Source: a virus (taxonomy: Duplodnaviria > Caudoviricetes). From it: a DNA stretch of 64,000 bases. The translations under genes and the position numbers were made by a program. The notes under the pieces were generated by a model that saw only the letters and a list, made by a program, of their open reading frames with translations, had not been told where the DNA came from and made no database searches. Position 1 is the stretch's first letter. Each line of letters starts with the position of its first letter. Location: the IMG/VR virus record IMGVR_UViG_3300037400_001962, positions 58,702 through 122,701 of that record. One strand, written 5' to 3'. Positions 10,517 to 24,800 of the stretch are shown piece after piece.

Positions 10517-13500
10517 ATGGCGGGATAGAAATTTACATTAACATTTGATGCTAACTTAAATGTTAGTTAGATGAAAGGTGCCTTAAATTAGATTTAGAGT
10601 TCTCTTAATGGATTACATTTACCACAAAATATGGCAAAAGGGCTGTAGAGTACATTTGCTAATTTAGAAAAAGAGATATAGAATTTTGAAAATTTAACAA
10701 ATAAAGGTATTACTAAAGCTTCTGATATGTCTACACTTGAAAAATCAAGTGAAAAAATATTAAATTTTTATAATTTACTTTAGATTAAAATAAAAGACTT
10801 AGGGAATCTTGCGGGTAAGGATTTAAATAAGTTATTTCCATAGCAAGTAGTTGATTAGATTAATGCTGGACTTAATGCTTTAAAACAATATGAAACAGAA
10901 ATAAAAAATATTCAAGATAAAGTTAATAAATCTAAGAATAATGTTGATACAAGAAAAAATGAATTAGATGTATTATCACGGCAACGTCAATAGATGGAAT
11001 TGACTTTATAGACTCTTAAAAAACAAGAAGAATCTTATCGTAGTTTAGGTAATAAAGCAACCGAAGTTTTAAATAATCTATAGGCTAAAGCCTAGTCTTT
11101 ACAATAGATTATGGCTAATGCTGGAGTACGGAAAAATGTTGCATAGAGTATTAACGATTATTCCGAATTAGAAAAAGCATTAGAACAAGCTCGTTTAAAA
11201 TTAGAATAGTATTATAATAAAGTTCAAAATGGTAGAAAACCTAATCTTTTAACAGAAACTGGTCTTAAAAATAGAGTAGCTGAATTGGAGGCTGCACAAG
11301 CAGCATGGAATAAATAGGCCGCCGCGATTAATTATGCAGAAAATGCTGTGTAGAAATATACTACAAAAGCATAGAGTGCAAGTAGTACTATTAAGACTGT
11401 GACTTCGGATTTGACAAAATTAGAAGGTAAGATTAATACTGCATCAACTAATTTAAAAGTTGCAGAAGCTGCTTTTAAACAAATAAAAATTGCGGCTGGT
11501 ACTGATGCCACTACAGCGATAAATAACTTTTTTAGCACTCTTTAGAAAGCTGGATTTAATATATAGGGTTATGGTAGAACTGTAGATGAAGCAAAGCGTG
11601 CTTTAAAAGATTTTGAAAATGCGTAGAGATAGGCAGCAGTAAATGGTGTTTAGAAAGTATTAGCTGAACTTTAGGCATAGTCTGGCGCTTTACAGAATAA
11701 TAAAAATGATGTAGATAAGTGCACTGAATCATGGAAGCAATATATAAATCATGCTCAAGAAGTTGATGCACTTAAATCTCGTATTCAATATTTCTTTGGT
11801 TTAAATAATGCTATTCAATTAGTAAAGCGTACAATGCGCGAAGCTTACAATACAATTAAAGAGCTTGATAAAGCGATGACTGAGACAGCAGTTGTGACTG
11901 ATTTCTCAGTTGGTGATATGTGGGCATAGCTTCCCGATTATACTAGGCGCGCGAATGAACTTGGAGTTACAACAAAAGCGGCTTATGAAGCTGCAACTCT
12001 TTATTATCAGCAAGGTTTAAAAACTAATGAAGTCATGGCAATGTCTAATGAGACATTAAAGATGGCTCGTATTGCTGGCCTTGATGCTGCTGTTGCGACT
12101 GACCGTATGACAAATGCTATCCGTGGTTTTAATATGGAGATTAATACTACGAATGCATAGCGTATTGATGACGTATATTCAAGATTGGCTGCGATTTCTG
12201 CTTCTAATGTTGATGAAATTTCAACAGCTATGACTAAAGTTGCATCTTTGGCCCATAACGCAAATATGGAATTTGAAACAACAGCGGCTTTCTTAGCATA
12301 GATTATTGAAACTACTCGTGAATCTGCTGAAACTGCTGGTACTGCTTTAAAGACTGTTGTTGCAAGATTCTCAGAAGTTAAGAAGCTCGTAAGCGAAGGA
12401 GAGTTAAGTGGTTCTGATGAAGAAGGAGAACTTATTGATGTTAATAAAGTTTCTTCTGCACTTCGTGTTGCTGGAATTGACTTAAATAAATATTTTTTAG
12501 GCCAAGTTGGGCTTGATGATATATTTATGGAATTGGCTTCTAAATGGAACCAATTAACTACTTTACAACAAAGATATATAGCTACATAGGCTGCTGGTTC
12601 TCGTCAGCAATCTCGTTTTATTGCTTTAATGTCTGACTATGCTCGTACTCAAGAATTAGTTGGCGAAGCATATAAAGCAAATGGTGCATCTGCAAAGTAG
12701 TTTGAAAAAACACAAGAGTCGCTTGAATCAAAACTTGCTCGTTTAAAGAACGCCTGGAATGAATTTGCCATGGGTATTCTTAATAGTGATATTGTTAAAG
12801 CTGGCGTTGATATATTAACTAACTTATTAAATGGTGTTAATGCTTTAACTAGTGGTTTTGGGTCATTAAATTCTGGTGTTGGAAGTTTTATTAATACTTT
12901 TGCTAAACTTGCTTTATTAATAGGTGGATTAAAAGTTGGTAAAGGATTAACTGCTGGTTTGTTTGGTTCTATGCTTTCAGCCGTAACTGGTGGCAAAGTT
13001 GGTGGTGGATTTGCAAATATCGCTGCTGGCGCGATGGGAGTTAATCCGGGAAAAAATCTTTTAACTACTCTTGGTGCAGGAGCTATTAATCCGTTTAAGA
13101 ATATTGCAACTGGTATTGGTGGTAAATTATCTGGTATTGGTTTTAATGCAATAAATGCAAATTATGCAGGTAGTACTGCTTTATCTGGAAAATTAGCCGC
13201 TGGTGTTTTTGGTAAACTTACTGGAGCCGGCATGGCAACTGGTGCGGCGTAGGGTATCGCTGGCGCGGCGAGCTTATTACCAGTAATTGCAGGTATTACT
13301 GCCGCGGCTGGTGTTGCGTATGTGGCAATTAAAAAATTATATGATGCTTCTCCCGCTGGTCAAATTAAAATAGCTGAAAAATATGCAGCATCATTATCAG
13401 AAGTTGCAGATGCGGCGCGCGCAAGTTAGAGAGAATTTGAATCTATTCAAGAAGAATATAATCGTCTTGAAACAAATGTACAATAGGCTACTACTGCGGA

Positions 13501-16500
13501 AGAAAGAATAGAAGCTATTAAGTCTCGTACTGAATATATCTAGTCTTTACTTGAATAGAATTCTGCTTATGCTCAATATATAGATTAGTACGAAGTAAAG
13601 AATGGAGAGATTTATCTTACTTTAGATTCAGATAAGTTAGCTGAAACATGTAAAAAAATAGCTGAAACAGTTTTGAAAGTATAGAGCGGCGCGGATATAG
13701 CCAATGCTAATGTTGCATTTTAGAGGTATTAGGAAGCTCAAAATGATATAGCAAAACTAGAAATTTAGAAAGCTTTAATAGAAGCAGAATAGCCTGCTAA
13801 TTAGACTGAGGCAGAAGAAAAAGAATGGCGAGAATTTTCTGGACTTAATCAAATTGAAACTTCTTTAATCTAGGCTACAAATCGTATGCTTTAGTTTTAG
13901 CAAGAGTATCAAAATTTTGCTACTTCTGGGGCTATTAAAAATATTCAAAATAATAAAAATTTAGATGATGCGGCAAAGAGTGCTATAGCGAATGCTTTGG
14001 GCTATGCTTTTAATGGTGATGAAGTATAGAAAATTCTTGTAGATAATACCACTGATTTATTTGGTCTTATTCCAGATACTGTTTTTCACACATTAGAAGG
14101 CGCAAGAAAGCGTTGGATGGATGCATTTGAAACCACCGATATTCCAGATGATATTTATAATGATGAAAAGAAATTAATAGATGCTGCTGCATAGGAAGAA
14201 GTTAGAAAAACATTAGAAAAATCTAGTGACAAATTAATTGATGCTTATTCGGTTTTAAATGATGAATAGAAAAAGATTTTTATCAATTTAATAAATAATA
14301 ATGGGGAAAATCTTAATCTTACTACAGCTCAAAGTATTTCTAATAATTTACCACGAATTTTAGGAGATTTTTGGAATTTACTTGATAAAGAACTATAGGA
14401 AAAATTAGTTGAAAGTAGTAGTAACTTAAGTCCGATTGAAACTGCTTAGGATATAATATCAAAAACTTTTTTAGAAGGTTCGTCAGAAAATTCAAATCTA
14501 TTTTCTAAAATTTTTGATTTTATTTTTGATTTTAATTTAAGTGGAACGCAAACAGAAGTAATTTCAAAAGTATTTACTGATTTTGCAAAAGATAATTATA
14601 ATTCTTTAGATGATTTTAGTAAATTTATTAGAAATTTAATTGATACAATTTCTAAAACTGGTAATCCAGATGATTTAACTAATTTCTTTGACGCTCTTGC
14701 ATTATTAAAAACAGATAGTGTTTCAAGCATTGATACATTTTTTGGTCTACTTGATGGACTTGGAATTGATTTTAATAGTTTTGGTTATGATCTTAATGAT
14801 GCTGCAGAAGAACTTAAAAAACTGGCGAATGCGGCAAAAGCTTTTGATATTGAAGCTTTAAAAGGGAAAATTACTGATAATGTCTCCTTAATGAGGGATA
14901 TTAAAGATAGAAAATCTACATAGGCTGGATACAGAATTTTTGATGAAAGTGAATATTAGCTTCTACGTGAGGCTGGTGTTGATACTAATAGTTTTGTTTA
15001 CTCTGGCATTAAAAATAAAGAATGGACTTATACTGGTGATGATTTAAACGCTTTAGTTGAGGCTTTAATTTAGAATTTAACTACTGAAATTCAAGAACAA
15101 AGTGTTTAGTTAGACCAAGATATTGCAAAAGGTCAAGTAATTGATAATGCATCAAATGTTAATATAAACGGAGAAGAATTAAGTTTAGCAGATGCTTTAC
15201 AATAGATTGTTTCTAAAGAAATAAATATTGAAGATTATAGAAATGAAGATTGGCTTAAAAATATAATTAATTAGTTATATGGAGAATCTACTTTAAGTCT
15301 TACTCCTGATGCACTTTTAGCAAAAATTAAAGAGGCTCTTGATTATTATCATCAATTAGAAGCTAATACTTAGATAAAGGAAGATATTGGTTAGTATGCT
15401 TCTTAGCCAATGAATTATATTACTCCTATCAATGATTTTAAAAATGAAATAAGTGATGAAGAATATAATACTGCTGTTACTTCAAAATTTTATGTTGATG
15501 AGCACGCGGAAGATAGATATGAAAGTATTCTAAAAAGTATTCAATAGATTGATGCAGCAAATGCCAGCTGGAATAAAACATCTCAATAGCAAGAAACTAT
15601 TTCTCGCGCACTAGCTGTTAATTGGTCAGAAGAAGCATCTAATCTTGCTGAATTAACGGAAGTCCTTGATAAAAATGATAAAATTCTTTACGAGGGTTCT
15701 AAAGATTCATATGAATATAGTGGTGCAATTCATGCGGTCGGTGAAGCGATGCGCGCAGCTTATGGTGAGTAGGTAAGCGATGAATTCGTACAAGCTCATA
15801 TTCAATAGATTATGCTCGCGCGCGAGTCTAAAGAAGCTTATCAAGAATTATTAACACTTTTATAGCAAGATTTCTTTTCTGGCGCTATAGAAGGAGCAGA
15901 AGGTTTAGCTGGCACTTTGTGGAATGTATAGCAAGAAATGTTTAAATGTGCAGAAGCTGGGTATGCACTTGATGGTCTTGAAATAAATGGTGTAGCAGTT
16001 CTTGATGGCACTCCATGGATGAAAATTGTAGAAGAATTAATTAAGGCTGGAGTAGATGTAGCTGCTTTCTTTGATACTCTTGGATGGACTGTTGTATATG
16101 GGCCAAAAGATGAAAATGGTATCCCAACTTCTGCTTAGCTAGTTCGTAATCAACCAACTGGTTATGGTGGCTACCAGCCTTATACCGGTTCTAATTGGGG
16201 TAGAGGCTCTTCTGGCAGTAGCTCTTCTTCTTCAAAAGAAAACGAACCAAGAAAAGAAGAATGGAAATCTGATTTTGATTGGCTGTATAATCTAATGGAG
16301 GATATAGCCGAACTTCAACGTGAGCAAACTAAACTTCAAGAAGAACAAAATAAAATTTTAGAGTCCAATAATAAAGAAGATACTGGCAAAGATCTTTATG
16401 AAAATTTAGTAAAACAAATAGCTAATTTAACTATTCAGAAAGATTATTAGTCTGCTGTTCAAGGTTATCGTCAACGTGAAATGCAAGAGTTTATGGCAGT

Positions 16501-17983
16501 AAATTCTGGATATAGTGAATACTTTAGATTTAATGACCAAGACCAAACTCTTGAAATTGATTGGGATGCAATTAATAATATCGGTGATAAAGAAACTTAC
16601 GAAAAAGTTAAAGATCTAGTATCTGAGGCAGAAGCAATTCAAAAGAAAATGGATGAATCTGATGATGCTGTACGTGATATTGAAGCTTAGATTCGTCAAT
16701 TAGAAAATATTTGGCGTGAGCAATATGTAAGTTTTGAAAAACGAGTTTTAGATGCTTTAGTAAGTTCTTATTAGCGCGTGATTGATAACTATTCTGATTT
16801 AAATGATACTGTAACTAAAAGTAATAATGAAATTCTTGAAGCTCTCTAGTAGGAAATTGCATTAGAAAGATAGATAAGAGATAATACTGAAACAGAAAAT
16901 GCTATCGCTGATGCAGAAGCACGATTAGCATTTCTAAGACGTGATACTACTGGTGGTAATCAAGTTGCTATACTTGGCGCGCAGAAAGAGTTAGATGCAA
17001 GTCGTCAATAGTATGAAGATGCTTTAATAGATCAAGCAATTTCTCGTTTACAAGAAGATAATAATGACGCGGCGGAACAACGTGAAAAATAGATTGAGCT
17101 TATGCAAGCGCAATTAAATTATTCTAAAGAGAACGGGGAATTTAATGACGAGGTATCTGAATTAATTGCTAATGCCTTAGGAGGCAATGGTGAATTACTT
17201 ACTAACTCTGATTTATATGATTTATTGCGGCAAGAAGAGTCTTGGAATGCATTAAGTGACGCAAATAAAGAAATTTGGGAAGATGAATTAAATAATACTT
17301 TTAAAGAAGTTTCAGCGTATCTATTAAAAGAAAAAAGTGAAGCTGACGGTAGCTTTGCTGCGGCGATTTAGAGTTCAATTGAAAATTCTGCTTTTTAGTT
17401 AGGCGAAGCTATAATTGGTAGTGTAAGTTAGGCCATGTCGCATACTAATTATATTTATGATGACAATAGTAATATTGATGCAAATAATAATAATAATTCA
17501 GGATATAATTGGCCTGACGATTCATCTGAGCAAGAGCCAAAGCCAACTTATGGATTATAGACTTATTGGGGTGGTGGTTATACTGTTACTGAAAATAACG
17601 AACCAATTTGGACTGTCCATCAAGGTGGCAGGTATAATGAAGTTTTCGAAGATCTTAAAAAACTTCGTGGTTATAAAACTGGTGGCCTTGCTACAAAAAC
17701 CGGATTGGCATGGCTTGATGGCACGCCTTCTGAGCCAGAATATGTATTAAATGCTCGCCAAACTGATGCTTTCTTAAGATTGGCAGATGTTCTTCCGTCT
17801 ATTTTTGATAAAGGTTCGACAATAGCTAATAATACTAGTAACAATATGTATCTTGACTTTCATGTTAATGTTGAAAATATTAGTGATGATTATGATGTTG
17901 ATCAATTAGTTGAACGTGTAAAAGAAGACATTTATAACGCGGCCAGTTATAGAAATGTAAATGTTGTAAACTTCTTAAGATAA
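10517..17983 (+). CDS. Tail tape measure protein, ~2488 aa (many TAGs read as Gln)
   Basis: Track fragments at 12770, 15938, 16481, 17102 and 17705 are all in frame with ATG 10517. TP901-type TMP core (ELDKAMTETAVV, RESAETAGTALKT) and typical C-terminus (GYKTGGLA..WLDGT..PEYVLN). Spot-checked stretches show only TAG interruptions. Confidence 0.85.
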
Positions 17984-18045
17984 TATTACTTTATAATAGG
18001 AATAGAGGGGTCTAAATAGGCCCCTCTTATAAAAGGAGGAAATAT

Positions 18046-18843
18046 ATGAGTGTTTATGATGGGGACTTCCTTGGATTTTAGTTAGGAGATATTCATTCTT
18101 CTCAATTAAATATAACCAGAGTAAGTAATGGAGATAGATATACAGAAAACCTTACTCCAATTTTTAATGATGCAACTGAATAGGTTCCAGGAGCAGACGG
18201 GACATATTATTGGAATACCTACTATACTCAGCGGCCTTTTATTATTGATTTTGCTTTTGATGATCTTCGTGACGAAGATATTCATCGTTTAAAGTAGGTA
18301 TTAAATTTTAAAGGTGTACAACCATTAATCTTTGATGAAGCCTTGTATAAAAAATATTATGTGAAATGTAGTGCTTCGCCAATTTTAAAATATATTAGTT
18401 TTGATGAATAGGGTACTAGGCTTTATAAAGGAGAAGGTAATGCCAATCTTATAGCATATTACCCATATGCAATAAGTACGGCAAATATTAAATTTGAGAA
18501 TGGGACTAATTTTTTATTACCTAATTCGGGAGATATTGAAGCTCCATTGAAAATTTATTATAGATTAAATGATTTAATAAATAATAATTTAAATTTATAT
18601 TTAAATGGAGAGAAGAAATTAACTATTAAAATTAAAAAACAATTAAATAATAATGATATGTATATTTGTATTGATGGTAGAACTCATTTAATTGAAGGAT
18701 TAGATAGTGAATATCAAAAAACTAATACTTTATATAATCGTTATATAATTTCTGGTGATTTCTTTTCTTTACCTGTTGGGAAAAATACTTTTACTACAGA
18801 TCAAACATGCAATAAAATTACATATAATTATTTATACTATTAA
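18046..18843 (+). CDS. Distal tail (Dit)-like protein (TAG read as Gln)
   Basis: AGGAGG, ATG 18046, in frame with track ORF 18547-18843. Follows the TMP; C-terminal GDFFSLPVGKN motif is typical of Dit proteins. Confidence 0.7.
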
Positions 18844-18854
18844 GGGGTGAGTTA

Positions 18855-21800
18855 ATGGATAAATATGAAATAAGTTTGTGGGAAGATTATCCAGATCTTA
18901 CCTCAAATAATATTCCATTTTTAAACGAAGGTAAAATATGTGTTATAGGTTCTGATACAATGACAACCGCAGCCCGCGCCCTAGAACCAAAATTAATATC
19001 AAATGTTAATGGTACACATATCTTTACTTTTAGAATTTATTATAGATATAAAGACGAGATAACTGGCGAAGAAAAAATTAATCCATATCTTCCATATCTT
19101 ATAAATGAAAGAAAAGTTAAAGTCTTGTGGAAAAAGAAATGGTATGATTTAGTAATAAAGAAAATAGAAGAAGATACATAGAAGCGTTCTGTGTTGTGTA
19201 CTTGTGAAGACTTATTTATTACTGAATTAAGTAAGAATGGATATGAACTTGAATTTAATAGTGAATTATAGAATAATAGTGGTACGGCGCAAGAACTAAT
19301 GGGAAAAGTTCTTGATGGTAGTGGATGGCGGCCGGCCGCAGAGCAAGATAGAATAATTCAATACCAAGAAGAACCAGTTTATGAAGTTACTACTATAAAT
19401 AGTTTTATTGCAATTAAATAGTCTCCTTCTGGTTTAGATGAAAATATATCTATACCAAAAGATAAATTATGCTTATTATATTAGTCATGTTTGGATGAAT
19501 CTTGCATTAATATTTAGTTTCTTTATAGTGATGAAGGTTATGCCACAGAAGTTAATGATATGCTTGTACTAAATGGTGATTGTTGTACTTTTGTTGGTAA
19601 AATTGTATATAGTGGTAATTATGCTACTATTACTAATAATTCTGGAACTAAAATATTTGAATTTAATATTAATGATTCATATTCATCTAATTATCGTGCA
19701 AAGCGTTTAGTTAATAGTTAGGTAACTGTTTTTGATGAATTACTTGGACGATATGTTGACGTATACACTGATGGAAATGGAAATGATATTTATGGTTATG
19801 AAACTACCGAATATTCTGATCCAACTTTAGTAGTAAATTTAATTGCTAATTCAAAAGATTTTAAAGACACTAAAGGCTGGATTGGTAATGATATAACTTG
19901 GAAATTAAGTCCATCATTTACTTTAGATAGTTCTGGAAAACCGTATTATAATATTTATAGTAATGATGAATATATCATTGATGACGGCGTTCTTATTGAT
20001 GAAACATTGCCGACTTATGAAGCAAAAAGTTATTTATAGGTATCAAGTGGAAGTATTTATAATACAGCTTTTGTTTCAAATAGAAGTTTTTTAAATCCAA
20101 GTTCTATTGATATAAGAAATGGTAGACTTGGTGGTTTCTAGAAAGATGAAAAGTATATTTTTAGATATAAAGTTAAGAGTCAGTTGACAGGTAGTACGTA
20201 TATGCAATCTGGTATTACTGGTAATGTTTATAAATTCCAGATTAATGCTGGTAATTATGTAAAAACTGGTAATGCTTATTTTTCCTCTTCTGATCCAAGT
20301 TTTAAATCTAATGGTAATTGGGTTGAATATACTTTGACTTGTGTTGAAGCTTGCCCAGCTAACGAACTTGATTAGATTGGGTTTTTTATTGATGTTAATA
20401 ATTCATGTTATATTGAAGAAATTTAGTTTTTTAAATTAGCTTATGGTAAAACTCATTATAAACTTAAAGACACAGATCCAGAGCCAACGGAAGAACGTAT
20501 AAATCCAGGTGAAATTACACTTCAATCTATTGCTAATGTAGTTTATAGATATTATAATCCAGACCATGATGGTGTAAAAGATCCAAAAGATTTGAAATTT
20601 ATATATTAGGGGACAACAAAATCAAATAATTATACTCCTAAATATAATAATTATGAAAAGATTACTTCAATTGAAGTAAGTAAATCTAATAGATTTAATA
20701 TTCTTTAGTCTATTGCAGAAAAGTTTGAATGTTGGGTAAGATTTATTATTAATCATGATGAAGAAACTGGCCAGGTTCGTTATGATGAAGATGGTCTGCC
20801 GCAGAAATATGTGCAGTTAGTTGAATAGATTGGCAACGATACTGGTATTTCATTTGAATATGGAATTGATTTAAAGGGCGTAAAAAGATCTATTATATCA
20901 AATACAATAGCAACTAAAGCAATTATTATTCCTAATGAAAATGAATTTGGTAAACATGGATTCTGTACAATCGCGCGCAGTCAGTTAAATTATTGTAGAG
21001 AGAATTTTATTTTAAATTTTGATTATTATATTTAGCAAGGGCTTTTAGACAAAGATACTATTGAAGCAGATTTATATAAAACTAATAATGGGCATTTAGG
21101 TTATTATTTTTATTTAAATAAATGGAATAAAAGATATGATGCCTTAGCCGATGAAATTAATAATAAACAAACCGAGCTAATTAAACAAAGAGCTGAATAC
21201 AAAGTCCAAGTTGATAATTTGCGCGCGTCTGAAGAAAAATTAACAGATAGTATTTCTGATTTAATTTTATTAGCTGGCGTATCTACTCTAGCGGCCGCGC
21301 AACAATATGCCGTAAATCATGTAACTAATAGAAAAGTTCAATCATTAATGGGAGCTATAGGTAAATTAAGAGTTAGTATTCGTAATTTATCAAATAGTAT
21401 TAATAACTTAAAAAGATCTATTTAGGAATTAGAGAGATTTATTACTGCTACTAATGATGAAATGAATGGTCTTGTTGAAGACATTAATTTATTACATGAA
21501 AAGTTCTTTAGAAAATATTCTCGTTTTATTCAAGAAGGAACTTGGCAAGACTAGAATTATGTTTATGATGATGATTATTATTTAGATGCACTTGAAGTTG
21601 CTTATAGATCATCAAGACCACAAATTCAATATGATATTTCTTTACTGCGGTTGAGCGGTTTAGAAGATTTTAGTTCTAAAGTTTTTGATCTTGGTGATAT
21701 ATGTTATGTTCAAGATAAAGAGTTCTTTGGTTATGAAAAAGATGGAATTACTCCATATAAACAAAGAATTATTATTAGTTAGTTAACTTCTTTCTTTGAT

Positions 21801-24800
21801 ACTCCTGAAAAAGATATAATCAAAGTTCAAAATTATAAGACCCAATTTGATGATTTATTCCAAAGAATTACTACTGCAACTTAGGCACTTCAATTCTCCG
21901 AAGGTAGATTTGAGCGCGCGGCTGGTGTTATAAAACCAGATAAAACTTTAAGTTTTGGTTTATTACAAGACACTTTTGATTATAATAAAGACCTTGTTTT
22001 AAATTCTGCTAATCAATAGGTAACTTGGGATAATACTGGTATTACAGTTTCAGATGAAACTAATAGCGCATTAAAAGTAAAAATTATGGCCGGCGGCGTT
22101 TTTGCTAGTAGTGATGGCGGTTAGACTTGGAAGAATGCTTTGCGCGGCGATGGTATCAGTACTGATTTATTGACGGCTGGCCGCATAAATACAAGTGAGA
22201 TTTATATGTATGATGGAGATCATCCAAGCTTTAGATGGGACAGCCAAGGTATTAATGCTTATACTGAAAATTCAATTCCTTAGATAGATTCTAATGGTAA
22301 TATTAAAATAATAAATGGAGAAATCCAATATAATAAATACCCATTTAGTAAATACGTAAGATTTGATTAGTTTGGCCTTTATGGATATGCTGGGACAGAA
22401 GATTTTGTGCCAGAGAAAGAGGATGAAATTTGGAAAGCACCAGATACTAGATTTGGATTGACATGGAAAGGATTTTTCTTCCGCGGTGAATCTGATTCAG
22501 CTAGTTTGTAGATAATTAATGAGTCAGATATATATGGTAATGATTAGATTACTTTTAAAATGGGTAGTTCTGATTACGTTACGGCAGATGGGCAAACAAT
22601 AGCGTCTTCTATTGAAATCTCTACTGATAATGATATAATATTAAAAACTGGAGATATTAATCGAGTTCAAATTGGTAGATATAGATATCAAAGAGTTGAT
22701 GAAAATGGAATCCCACAATATTATATTGATTCAGATGAACCAATAATAGATACTGACTACGGTATTTTTGTCCGTGACAGCGAAGGTAATGATATTTTTA
22801 CTGTAAGTGCTGGTGGAGTGGATAGTATTGGTGGTTGGAATTTAACTGCGGATTCTTTTTATCATAGTGTAAATAAGTAGGGTACTGAAGATAAGTGGGG
22901 TACTGTTGGGTTTTATTCAAAAGGAAAACTATGGACTATTGATGGACCGGAGGAAACTAATCCAATTTATGATGCTACACATTAGGATAGTGGCCAAACT
23001 TAGCCAGATTAGCCAGATTAGCCAGTTGATGATGGTGATGAAATATAGTTAATTGATGAAGTAATTGGATCAGAGAATATAGATACTTCAGATGAGGTAG
23101 AAAAAGTACAGGGCCATAGAGATATATATTATATACTTGCTGGTAATAAATTTGGTGTAACACTTGATGGTAGAGTTTATTCTGCCGGCGGCCGCATTGG
23201 TGGTTGGGAAATTGGAGAGAATACTTTAACTGCTACTACGGAAAAGGGAGAAAGTATTACAATTGATTCATCTGGTAAGATTTATTCTACAATTACATAC
23301 GATGATAATGATCCAAATAAAATAGTTTCTGGATGGGAAATTAGAGCAGACGGAACGGCTAATTTTTATAATGTTATTGCTACTATTGGTGAAATTGCTG
23401 GCTGGCATATAACTAAAGATAGTATTACTAATGGAGAGACTACTCTTAGTTCTGCTACTGCTGCTCAATGGGCAGATGGTCATTATGATATTGTAACAAG
23501 TTCTATTGCAGCATATGGTGGTTATATTGGTGGATGTAAAATAACTGAAAATGGAATCCGTGGTGATGGCTGGTCATTAAGTGCCTCTGGCGGTTCTATT
23601 GGTGGATGGAATATAGCTAATGGTTATATATATTCATAGCCTTAGGGTGGATATTAGACTCTATTAAGTTCAAACGGCTTTTTACAATTTACAGATGGAG
23701 ATAATATAACAACAATATCTGAAAATAAGGGTGGCGGAGTCAGCATTGATCCTGATTTATATGTAACTAATGTTATATCTGCTGGTGGACAAATAAGATC
23801 AAATACTTCTTTATCAGCTCCTCAAATTACTTTTACTTCTTCTACTCCTTCTCAAGAAGGTACAGCGACAGTTACTTTGACACTAGTAGATGCAGATAAT
23901 ATTAAAAAATTAAATCATACAGTTGAAGGAGAAATAAATAATGATACTCATATTGAGTATTTAGAATGGTTACATAAAAATTGGAAACATATAACTCCTT
24001 CAGACGTTGGACTATAAGTTTAGATGTCTATAAACTTCTCTAATTGCTGGAAACTCCTAAAACTTATTTACTACAACGTAGGAGGTAACTCCAAGCGTGA
24101 ATGTTTAAAAAATAATAAGATATATGGACAATCAGCAGCGAAGCGGCCCGCTGTGTGGTCGAACGTTCAACGACTAGTCGAAAGACGTAGGCCCAAGCGG
24201 GCCGAAATGAGAAGCTCCAGAAATGGATGAAGATATAGTCTCATCTCATATGAAAGTATGAGCAGTTCATAAGAGAACGCGTATAGAATAGCAACCTATA
24301 CGGAAGGTAATGTAGGGGAATAATATTAATCTCAGTAATCTTACATTTGAACCACAGACAATAACTGGACCAACTCAAACTACACATATATCATTTACAA
24401 AGACTAATAATAAAGTTTATGCAAATGGAAAAACTGTTGAAGGCATACTAAATATTAGTGCTAATGGAAAAACAATAACAAAAAATATTAGTATGAGTGC
24501 TGTAGATGTTTATGACAAAGGTTGGGATGATGGTTTAACTAGTGCAACAGTTAGTGGTTTAGGAGTAACAAAAAAAGATGGAGCTAACCCACAATATTAT
24601 AATGTCACTACCGGTGGTGTTAAACGTTGGCTTATACCGGTTACTATTTATGGTCGTGTAACTGGGAAAAAAGCAGATAATACAAATTATCAATCTGAAT
24701 ATTATTATGGTTCCGACACGACCACATTAGATTTTACTACTATTTATAATGATATAATTGAAAACAGTGGTAGTTCACGTACAATTACTAATTTAAGTTG

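Noticed and set aside
17457-17750. 97 aa ORF suggesting a frameshift in the TMP
   Set aside because: The TMP frame is continuous here once TAG is read as sense.
18004-18027. Hairpin AGAGGGGTCT-aaat-AGGCCCCTCT as the TMP terminator
   Set aside because: It lacks a U tract and follows the candidate late promoter, so it could be a 5' stabilising stem instead; left uncalled.
23001-23027. Possible CRISPR-like repeat
   Set aside because: 9 nt coding tandem with no spacers; no array was seen anywhere in the window.
1-24000. Decayed prophage with pseudogenised structural genes
   Set aside because: The interruptions I read are all TAG, frames are preserved over many kb, and gene ends couple neatly to the next starts.
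24024-24230. 68 aa ORF in the track
   Set aside because: Lies within the group I ribozyme core, with no RBS and no nuclease motif.
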